DNA of 35,748 nucleotides from Clostridia bacterium (GTDB lineage Bacteria; Bacillota; DTU086): NCBI GenBank assembly GCA_012519005.1, contig JAAYRB010000038.1, positions 1 to 35,748 of the forward strand, read 5' to 3'. Shown piece by piece: positions 27,317 to 34,487 of this stretch (position 1 is its first letter; each line of letters starts with the position of its first letter). The notes under the pieces were generated by a model. It saw only the letters and a program-made list of their open reading frames with translations, ran no database searches and was not told where the DNA came from. The position numbers and the translations under genes were made by a program.

Positions 27317-28513
27317 GTGAAGAAACAGGTTAAGAATAACGTACATTGGGTGGGCAAGGTGGATTGGGAGCTGCAGAGTTTCCATGGTGAGGAGCTTTCA
27401 ACTCATAGGGGATCCAGCTACAATTCCTACTTGATCCAAGAAGAAAAAAATGTCCTTATTGATACTGTATGGCTCCCCTTTGCAGAGGAATTTGTGGACA
27501 ATTTGGCCGGGAAAATAGATTTGCAGGAAATAGATTTTATTATTGCAAATCATGGGGAAGTGGATCACAGCGGGGCGCTGCCGGCTTTGATGAGGCGTAT
27601 TCCGGACAAGCCCATTTACTGCAGTGCCAATGCAGTTAAATCCTTGAAAGGCCAATACCATGAGGACTGGGATTTTCGGGTGGTAAGGACCGGAGACAAA
27701 ATTGACATTGGAAATGGCAAAGAGATCATCTTCATCGAGATGCCCATGCTGCATTGGCCAGACAGTATGGCGGCCTATCTCACCGGGGACAATATACTTT
27801 TCAGCAATGATGCCTTTGGTCAGCATTTGGCTTCGGAGAATCTTTTCAATGACCTGGTGGATCAGGATGAGCTTTACTATGAGGCTATGAAATATTATGC
27901 CAATATTTTAAATCCCTTTAATCCCTTATTGAGAAGAAAGCTCGATGAAATTGCTGCATTGGATCTCCCCATAGATATAATTGCCACAAGCCACGGGGTA
28001 TCCTGGCGGGATAACCCCATGCAAATAGTTGAGAAATATGCGGAGTGGGCCGGTGATTATCAGGAAAATCAGATAACAATCATCTATGACACCATGTGGA
28101 ATGGAACCAAAAGGCTTGCGGAAAAGATCGCTGAAGGAGTAAAGTTAGGTGATGAGGAAGTAACGGTAAAATTATGCAATATAGCAAAAGGAGATAAAAA
28201 CGACATTGCCACGGAAGTTTTTAGGTCAAAAGCGGTGGTAATGGGATCACCAACCGTTTCAAATAGTATCTTGCAATCCGTTGCCGGCTTTGTACATCTT
28301 GTTAAAGGTCTTAAATTTAAAGGGAAAAAAGCCGCCGCTTTTGGATGTTATGGATGGAGTGGGGAAGCAGTGAAGATTTTAAACGGACTTATGGAAGATG
28401 CGGGCTTTGAGGTGGTCAATGAAGGGTATAGGAACCAATGGAATCCGGATATTGACGCAAAGAGGGCCGCAGTTGATTTTGGCAAGGAATTGGCAAAGGA
28501 ATTTAATAAATAA
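27317..28513 (+). CDS. fprA: FprA-type flavodiiron protein (O2/NO reductase)
   Basis: Metallo-beta-lactamase-like diiron motif HGEVDHSG plus a C-terminal flavodoxin domain. The N-terminus VHWVGKVDWELQSFHG is typical. The start is GTG 27317 (12 nt after GAAGGGG) or GTG 27305. Confidence 0.9.
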   Translation: MKKQVKNNVHWVGKVDWELQSFHGEELSTHRGSSYNSYLIQEEKNVLIDTVWLPFAEEFVDNLAGKIDLQEIDFIIANHGEVDHSGALPALMRRIPDKPIYCSANAVKSLKGQYHEDWDFRVVRTGDKIDIGNGKEIIFIEMPMLHWPDSMAAYLTGDNILFSNDAFGQHLASENLFNDLVDQDELYYEAMKYYANILNPFNPLLRRKLDEIAALDLPIDIIATSHGVSWRDNPMQIVEKYAEWAGDYQENQITIIYDTMWNGTKRLAEKIAEGVKLGDEEVTVKLCNIAKGDKNDIATEVFRSKAVVMGSPTVSNSILQSVAGFVHLVKGLKFKGKKAAAFGCYGWSGEAVKILNGLMEDAGFEVVNEGYRNQWNPDIDAKRAAVDFGKELAKEFNK

Positions 28514-28676
28514 TTTGATATTTCTGGTGACAGCAGCTGATCAGACAGCCCAGTATGGTGGTTAGTTTTTTTCAAGGATTAACGAAGTTTTACACCACAA
28601 TCAAATAAGATAAAATCCGGGAGTCCAAGTTGGCACCATTTTATGGATGACGCCCATGAAGGATTTTGTTATCCAG

Positions 28677-28720
28677 AAAGCCGCAATCCCTTTTCTTGTA
28701 GGGGGCAGCGGCTTTTTTTG
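28677..28720 (+). terminator. Rho-independent terminator about 165 nt downstream of fprA
   Basis: AAAGCCGCAATCCC pairs with GGGGGCAGCGGCTTT (GCCGC/GCGGC plus TCCC/GGGG with an internal loop), then TTTTTTT. Confidence 0.55.
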
Positions 28721-28771
28721 TTCTGGATTTCTCCGAGAGCACTCAAGATTATTTTAAAACAAATTTCTAAA

Positions 28772-28840
28772 ATAACCCGTTTATAACCTATGTATAACCC
28801 GCATATAACTTAAAGCCGTCACATATAACTGCTTTATAAC
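28772..28840 (+). repeat. Six (T)ATAAC direct repeats, mostly phased at 11 bp, upstream of the fibre locus
   Basis: ATAAC starts at 28772, 28783, 28794, 28805, 28825 and 28836, giving spacings of 11, 11, 11, 20 and 11. Confidence 0.6.
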
Positions 28841-28940
28841 AACCAAATGCTATATTTAGGACAGAGGATATTTACTGTGTAGGCGATGAGAAAGTTTGCC
28901 TGGTTTTGATCAGAAACCATAAGGAAAGTGAGAGATCAAT

Positions 28941-30593
28941 ATGGGTGGAAACAATTTATATATCCGTCTTGATAGACATAGGAAAAAGGAAAAGCGCATG
29001 AGGGCGATCAAGGCGGCCCTAAAGGGAACCTTGAAAAATACTACGATGATGGTAATGTCCTCGGCACTGATCATCTACCCCTTCCATTTTCCAAAAACAG
29101 ATGCGTATTTTATTGACACTGCTGCACCGGGGAGCAGCAGCGACCAACAGATAAGATTGTTCTCCGATGAAAAACTAAAATTATTCTTTAATATTCACGA
29201 ATTTGACAATATTGCCATAGATTATGAAATTGATTTTAACAAGGGGATTTTAATTGCCGAAATGGAAATCCCGATAGGTTTTTGTGCGGGGGACATTTTA
29301 ATCGACACCTTAGAGATTTCCTATGGGGGAGAAACTATGGAAACAAGGCCCCTAAGATCCCGGGATCAGGGCAGCATCCTTCAGGTTTATTTTGATTGGG
29401 ATGCCATAGATAGATTTTTAGAAGAGGAAGATAAGGGACCAAGTTTTGAGATTTCGGGAAAAGGAGAGGGCCGGGGTATCAGCGGATTGGGGGAGAGATT
29501 CATATTTCAGGGTTCGGGAAAATTGCCTGACTTGGATAAGGCGTTTTTCCAGCAGATGAATTACCCCATCCATATTGACGGAATACAGGATATCACCATA
29601 CCCGCAGAAAGCGGTGAAATCCTTCTCCATAATTATAAATTTTACATTAACGGTGAGGAAATACCGGCATCGGAAGTTGAATGGAGGCTGACCACCGGGG
29701 GTAACGGCATAAAAATCAAGGATGGGGTGCTGACCATAGATGGTGATGTGGGGGATGCTGAAATTGTCCTTGAGGCTGTGTTGAAATCCAATAAATACTT
29801 TGCTTCAGAGCTGGTGATCAAGGTTGTCAAAGAGGAGCCGGTTGTAGTGGAACCCGTGGAGCCGCCCGCGGCCGGATCAGAAGAAGATCCTGAGGCGGTG
29901 GAAAATGAGGATGAGCAGGATCTGACGGATGAAGAAGATGGGGAAGATGAAAACCTACTTCCCGATGATGGGGATCCTGTGGAGCAGCCGGTGGATCAGG
30001 ATGAGGATGATCCCGATGATGAGGGGTCGGATGAAGAACCACCCATACCCGGTGATGGGGATCCTTCGGAAGAACCTGCGGCACCGGACGAGAATGATCA
30101 GGATTTGGATCCACCTACATCGGATGATGGGGATTCCCATGATGACCAGAAGAACGACGATCCTTCGGATCAAGATGAAGATGAGGACGCGGCCCAGGAT
30201 ACAGGGGATGAGGATGAGCAAGATGAGGACGCCGCCCAGCCAGTTGATGATAAAGATAGCACAGAGGATCCCGCTGATGGGGAAGGGCGGGGGGAAAACC
30301 CAGTAAATGATGGGGACTCCGGTGATGCTGCCCCTCCAGAAGAAAATGAGGGCGTTGGTGAGGAGCCGGAAAACCGGGATGGAGAAGGGCAGAATAACGG
30401 TTCAGCAAAACCCGATGAAATAGATACCGGCGGAGACCCTTCCGGGGTAGGGGGGAAGGAAAAAGAGAGCATCAAAGCCGCTTCACCAGGGAGAGAGAGG
30501 GGCAGCGATATAGATGTGGCGAGAGCCCCTACCAACGAAGATAGAACATATGTCTGGAAAAGTTTTGATATCAGCCCCGCAGTGAGGGAGTAA
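28941..30593 (+). CDS. TapA-like accessory protein: SipW-type signal, beta-rich/Ig-like region, roughly 200-aa Asp/Glu/Pro-rich tail
   Basis: Sits immediately upstream of sipW, as B. subtilis tapA does. The N-terminal region has a basic stretch, a hydrophobic helix and TDAYFIDTA (compare TapA TSAAFHD and the TasA-family A(Y/W)F(T/S)D). The acidic low-complexity tail spans about 29826-30460. An alternative start is ATG 28998. Confidence 0.6.
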   Translation: MGGNNLYIRLDRHRKKEKRMRAIKAALKGTLKNTTMMVMSSALIIYPFHFPKTDAYFIDTAAPGSSSDQQIRLFSDEKLKLFFNIHEFDNIAIDYEIDFNKGILIAEMEIPIGFCAGDILIDTLEISYGGETMETRPLRSRDQGSILQVYFDWDAIDRFLEEEDKGPSFEISGKGEGRGISGLGERFIFQGSGKLPDLDKAFFQQMNYPIHIDGIQDITIPAESGEILLHNYKFYINGEEIPASEVEWRLTTGGNGIKIKDGVLTIDGDVGDAEIVLEAVLKSNKYFASELVIKVVKEEPVVVEPVEPPAAGSEEDPEAVENEDEQDLTDEEDGEDENLLPDDGDPVEQPVDQDEDDPDDEGSDEEPPIPGDGDPSEEPAAPDENDQDLDPPTSDDGDSHDDQKNDDPSDQDEDEDAAQDTGDEDEQDEDAAQPVDDKDSTEDPADGEGRGENPVNDGDSGDAAPPEENEGVGEEPENRDGEGQNNGSAKPDEIDTGGDPSGVGGKEKESIKAASPGRERGSDIDVARAPTNEDRTYVWKSFDISPAVRE

Positions 30594-30618
30594 TTTCAGC
30601 ACCGGCGGGCCAGTAGAG

Positions 30619-31197
30619 ATGGGAGGTGCCGTGGTGGGTAACCAGGGTGAAGGGCGTGCAGCAAAAATAGTAGGCAATGGAATTTTCGCAATAATTATAT
30701 TGCTTTTATCACTGTTGGCTTTCATTTTAATCCAGGGGAAGATTACCAACGCACCCCCATCACTGGCGGGTCACAGGATGTATATAGTTTTGAGCGGCAG
30801 TATGAAACCGGCCTTTGACACCGGAAGCCTAATAATGGTGAAGCCCATGAGTCCTGAAGGTATTCAAGTGGGGGATGTGGTGAGTTTTAGAAGTACTGGG
30901 GATGAGAACAAGATTGTCACCCATAGGGTTATGGCCATAGAGAAAACGGAAGAAGGGCTCAGCTTCAACACCCAGGGTGATGCCAATGATGTCTTGGATC
31001 CATATCCCATACCCGGTGGCAATATTATCGGCAAAGTGTCTGTGGCTGTACCTTATTTGGGATATGTAATGGATTTTGCCAGTACAAAAAAAGGGATTCT
31101 CACATTGCTGGCCATTCCCGCCCTGATGCTGCTGATCAGCGAGACCGGCAATGTATATAAACTCCTTAGAAAAGCCAGTGAGAACGAGGAGGGGTAG
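30619..31197 (+). CDS. sipW: Signal peptidase I, archaeal/ER type (SipW)
   Basis: Has the catalytic block VLSGSMKPAFDTGS, plus GDVVSF, THRV and TQGDAN...DP, and a C-terminal TM helix. The start may instead be GTG 30631 or 30634, just after GGGAGG. Confidence 0.9.
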   Translation: MGGAVVGNQGEGRAAKIVGNGIFAIIILLLSLLAFILIQGKITNAPPSLAGHRMYIVLSGSMKPAFDTGSLIMVKPMSPEGIQVGDVVSFRSTGDENKIVTHRVMAIEKTEEGLSFNTQGDANDVLDPYPIPGGNIIGKVSVAVPYLGYVMDFASTKKGILTLLAIPALMLLISETGNVYKLLRKASENEEG

Positions 31198-31200
31198 GAA

Positions 31201-31716
31201 ATGAAACGGAGTTTGACCATAGTATCGGCTGTTTTTATTCTTCTGGCCTTGGTTATTGGCGGCGGTGCCCTGGCATATTTCAGTCATGAGCAGGGATTTG
31301 AAAAAACAAAGTTTCAAACCGGTGAAGTGAAGGTGGGTGTCAGTGAGGGAATGGATTTATCACCCTCGGACAGCAATTATCTGGTGAACAGGCAGGTGGG
31401 CTGGACAATTGAAAACCAGGGTACCAGCGATGTGAGATTGAGGGTTGCTGTGAGAGATGATTGGGAGGGAGAGGACGGAAAAATAACCCTAACCCCCACC
31501 AATGAATCCTGGATGGAGGGAGGGGATGGGTACTATTACCATTCCGGCCCAGATCCCCTAAAAGTAGAGGAAAGCATTGATTTTAATCTCAATGTTGCCT
31601 TTGACACCTGGGAGCCAATTGAAAATTATGATGTTGACATTGAAGTGGAGGCCGTCCAGGCCGTTGATGATGCCGTGAACTATATGTGGCCGGACTATCC
31701 AAAAGGAAATAACTGA
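31201..31716 (+). CDS. TasA/camelysin-family protein with SipW-type signal peptide (paralog 1, divergent, 171 aa)
   Basis: GAGGAGGGG RBS overlaps the sipW stop. The N-terminus is LALVIGGGALAYFSHEQ...FQTGEVKV, with a C-terminal ...DIEVEAVQA strand as in TasA-like proteins. Confidence 0.75.
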   Translation: MKRSLTIVSAVFILLALVIGGGALAYFSHEQGFEKTKFQTGEVKVGVSEGMDLSPSDSNYLVNRQVGWTIENQGTSDVRLRVAVRDDWEGEDGKITLTPTNESWMEGGDGYYYHSGPDPLKVEESIDFNLNVAFDTWEPIENYDVDIEVEAVQAVDDAVNYMWPDYPKGNN

Positions 31717-31861
31717 GGGTCAGGGATCCTCGGTGTAATAAAAACCTATCAAAGGGGGTGGTGGCGAAAAGAAAGCTAGAAGCACTATGAGATACCGCCG
31801 CATTTGTGGATTTTGAGTGGACTTAAGGCTTTGTAAGTGGGTAGAGGAAATGATGCTTTTT

Positions 31862-31946
31862 TGAAAAGGCAAACCTGCCGAAAGACAGGGACGCAAAGCT
31901 ATAGGGCCTTTCTACATAGAATAGAATGGTAGCCTGGCCGCCGGTA
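31862..31946 (+). promoter_or_regulatory. c-di-GMP-I (GEMM-I) riboswitch aptamer, copy 1
   Basis: GGCAAACC-TGCC-GAAA-GACA-GGGACGCAAAGC (31868-31899) matches the near-invariant GEMM-I core. A second hairpin follows, closing at GCCTGGCCGCCGG. Confidence 0.85.
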
Positions 31947-31980
31947 ATGAAAAAAATTAAATCAAACCGGAGGGATACCA

Positions 31981-32571
31981 ATGAGGTCAAAAGCAATGTT
32001 GAGTGTTTTACTGATTCTTTTAGCAGCAGCCTTGATAGGCGGAGCTACAATGGCATGGTTTACAGACAAGACAGATCTGGAGGCAGCGGAATTTACGGCG
32101 GGGACCCTGGAAATAAGTGCCGATGGACCAAATGAATCAGCTCTACCAGACAGACATGTTGATAATATCAACCCTGGGGACACAGTGACCGTATGCTGGG
32201 ATATTAAAAACATAGGAACAAAGAGAGCGGAACTTAGAGCACATCTGGATACGGAATGGTTAACTGCAGGTCTATCTAACGATGTATACACTTATGCTCT
32301 TCCTGCAGATAGCGATTGGGTTATTTATGAAGAGGATGGGAAGACATGGTTTAAATATAATGCTGGGCCCCTTGCAGGTACCTATGATGGGGATGGGGAT
32401 ACTGTCAAGCTGTGTGTGGAAGTAGTCTTCGACGGTCCAACAATGGGTAATGCTTTCCAAGGTGCGAAACTAGAAATCGGCGGTGAAGTAGAGGCTATCC
32501 AAACCACAAATGGTGCACCAGAAGCCGTATGGGGAGATGCATATGTTAACGCCGGTGGTGGCCAGTCTTAA
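31981..32571 (+). CDS. TasA-family fibre subunit with SipW-type signal peptide (paralog 2, core-only, 196 aa)
   Basis: LIGGATMAWFTDKTD...FTAGTLEIS...NINPGD...FQGAKLEIGGEVEAIQTTN parallels B. subtilis TasA (GGGTWAAFND...ASGTLDLS...NLKPGD...YQG...FSFEATQ). GGAGGG RBS. Confidence 0.85.
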   Translation: MRSKAMLSVLLILLAAALIGGATMAWFTDKTDLEAAEFTAGTLEISADGPNESALPDRHVDNINPGDTVTVCWDIKNIGTKRAELRAHLDTEWLTAGLSNDVYTYALPADSDWVIYEEDGKTWFKYNAGPLAGTYDGDGDTVKLCVEVVFDGPTMGNAFQGAKLEIGGEVEAIQTTNGAPEAVWGDAYVNAGGGQS

Positions 32572-32634
32572 TATAAGTGATCTGTTTGCTATGAAGACAG
32601 AGGAAATCTATAAAATTTCTGTGAATTTTAAAAA

Positions 32635-32664
32635 GTGACATAAATATCGATTGTTTCGTATAAG
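32635..32664 (+). promoter_or_regulatory. Candidate promoter firing directly into riboswitch copy 2
   Basis: GTGACA (32635-32640), 18-nt spacer, TATAAG (32659-32664). The aptamer core starts 6 nt downstream. Confidence 0.5.
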
Positions 32665-32750
32665 AAAAAGGCAAACCTGCCGAAAGGCAGGGACGCAAAG
32701 CCGCAGGGCCTTCCCCCATTCCTTTGGGGGATGGCAGCCTGGCCGCCGGT
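32664..32750 (+). promoter_or_regulatory. c-di-GMP-I (GEMM-I) riboswitch aptamer, copy 2
   Basis: GGCAAACC-TGCC-GAAA-GGCA-GGGACGCAAAGCC (32670-32702) has a perfect 6-bp GNRA-capped hairpin. The second hairpin is CAGGGCC...GGCAGCCTGG with an inner CCCCCA/TGGGGG stem. Confidence 0.9.
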
Positions 32751-32780
32751 AAATAAATAAAAAAAACCGGAGGGATAGCG

Positions 32781-34202
32781 ATGAGATCAAAGGCGATAAT
32801 GAGTGTACTGCTGATTTTACTTGCCGCAGCTCTGATCGGGGGAACCACCATGGCTTGGTTCACCGATGATGCGGAACTAGACGCAGCACAACTGGAAACA
32901 GGAACACTGGAAATTGATGCCGATGGGTCTCCTAAGGTAACCCCAATGCCCGAGAGAGATATTAAAAATGTAAACCCCGGCGACTGTGCCACGGTTTGCT
33001 GGGATATTGAAAACATAGGATCTAAAAGAGCGGAACTGAGAGTGAAACTAACTGGTGCATGGGTAGACGGATCGGATGCAAGTAATGTGTATTTTGCACC
33101 CAAGCCGGGTAGCGATTGGGTAATGTATGAAGAAGATAATGGACTGTACATGTATTATACAGGCGGGCCCCTAGCAGGAACCTATGGTGATACCGAGGGC
33201 GGAACTGCCAAGCTTTGTGTAGTGGTAGGCTTTGACGGTGAAGGTATGGGCAACGAATATCAGGGGCTTGGATATACACTAAACGGTGTTGCAGAAGCCA
33301 TCCAGGCGACAAACGGTGCACCCGAAGATATGTGGCCGGGATTTGCAGAAGCTACAGCGGCGGGCTATAGCGATGCAGGTCTAAGAGACTATTTCATAAA
33401 TGGTGCAGGTAAGGATATGCCTTGCTACAATGGCGGTGAAGATCCACCTCCACCAGCAGAATACGAAGTAACTCTTAATGTAGTAACTAAGGACTGCGAA
33501 GGTAATGTTGTAAGCAGCAAAGTGGGCGGAACTGTAAGCGGTGCTGGAACCTACGTAGATGGTGCAAGTGTAACAGTTGGTGCCAATGCAAAGCAAGGCT
33601 ATGAATTTTTAGGATGGAGCGGAGATCTAAGCGGTACGGACACATCCAAAACCTTTGAAATAACAGGGGATGTAACTGCCACAGCAACATTTAAAGAGAT
33701 CTGCACACCTAAGAAAGTTAAGGTAACTATTACACCCAAACTATGTGGCAATAAAATTGCTGGTACAGTGGAAGGTTTCGGTAGTGGTACCACAAAGATC
33801 TACAATGTAGGGGATACAGTAAATCTAAAAGCTGTTCCCAGTGCTGGATATGTGTTTGATAAATGGGATGGTTATGTAACAGGCGGCACAAACCCCACAT
33901 CCTTCGTAGTGCCGAACCATGATGTAACCATAAATGCAAACTTCAAAACCGCCCCTAAATACACATTAACTCTAACTAAAAACTACAACAGCTATGGCAC
34001 GGTTACCGGTGGCGGACAATATGCGGAAGGCACGAATGTCTCAATAAATGCGACACCTGGGACATATAAAGTGGGTTGGCAAACCTATAACTACAAATTT
34101 GTTGGCTGGTATGACGGAAATACCTTGCTAAGCACAAGCAAAACCCATACCTACACCATGCCTGCAAGCAACAAAACACTGCAAGCAAAATTTAGCAAAT
34201 AA
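32781..34202 (+). CDS. TasA-family protein with SipW-type signal, linker and three C-terminal InlB-B-repeat-like domains (paralog 3, 473 aa)
   Basis: The N-terminal 185 aa are colinear with paralog 2. A PPPP linker follows, then three repeats of about 80 aa, each with the G(Y/K)xFxGW signature (GYEFLGWSG, GYVFDKWDG, NYKFVGWYD), at about 33462-34196. Confidence 0.85.
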   Translation: MRSKAIMSVLLILLAAALIGGTTMAWFTDDAELDAAQLETGTLEIDADGSPKVTPMPERDIKNVNPGDCATVCWDIENIGSKRAELRVKLTGAWVDGSDASNVYFAPKPGSDWVMYEEDNGLYMYYTGGPLAGTYGDTEGGTAKLCVVVGFDGEGMGNEYQGLGYTLNGVAEAIQATNGAPEDMWPGFAEATAAGYSDAGLRDYFINGAGKDMPCYNGGEDPPPPAEYEVTLNVVTKDCEGNVVSSKVGGTVSGAGTYVDGASVTVGANAKQGYEFLGWSGDLSGTDTSKTFEITGDVTATATFKEICTPKKVKVTITPKLCGNKIAGTVEGFGSGTTKIYNVGDTVNLKAVPSAGYVFDKWDGYVTGGTNPTSFVVPNHDVTINANFKTAPKYTLTLTKNYNSYGTVTGGGQYAEGTNVSINATPGTYKVGWQTYNYKFVGWYDGNTLLSTSKTHTYTMPASNKTLQAKFSK

Positions 34203-34227
34203 TCTATATTCAGCTATATAATTAACA

Positions 34228-34272
34228 GCAGCAGGGGGAACTCCCCTGCTGCACTACATAATCCGTTTTTTT
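34228..34272 (+). terminator. Strong hairpin with a displaced T-run after paralog 3
   Basis: GCAGCAGGGG (34228-34237) pairs with CCCCTGCTGC (34243-34252) across a 5-nt loop. The T7 run at 34266-34272 lies 13 nt downstream, so this is not a textbook terminator. Confidence 0.5.
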
Positions 34273-34487
34273 ACCAGGAAAGAAGGAAAGGGGCAGAGGG
34301 CAGGAGGTATTATAAAAAACCAAGTACCTCCCTCACCTTAACCCTGTTTTATAATCACCGGTACCCAGAAGTTACCGTATACCGGATAGAGACAAATCTC
34401 CAAAAGGGGGAACAGACCAAAGACCCTTTTTAAGAGGCCAATGGCGATTTGAAGAAAGGTTGCAAAAAGTAAATTGGAGGAATTCCA

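Noticed and set aside
29827..30535. Several 88-125-aa ORFs in other frames and on the minus strand across the acidic-tail region
   Set aside because: The GAT/GAA/GAG-rich low-complexity DNA keeps several frames open. The translations are His/Pro/Arg or Ile/Arg repeats with no starts backed by an RBS.
31717..31861. Looked for a separate promoter or terminator between paralog 1 and riboswitch copy 1
   Set aside because: No convincing -35/-10 pair or hairpin plus U-tract was found. Copy 1 may simply be transcribed by read-through from the operon promoter, unlike copy 2, which has a plausible promoter of its own.
34203..34487. Looked for a third c-di-GMP riboswitch (class I or II) in front of paralog 4
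   Set aside because: Neither GGCAAACC nor GACGCAAAGC is present. Only generic hairpins occur (GGAGGTA/TACCTCC, CCGGTA/TACCGG, AAAAGGG/CCCTTTT), and part of the spacer looks like a decayed gene start. I could not evaluate a class II (RF01786) match by eye, so a cmsearch would settle it.
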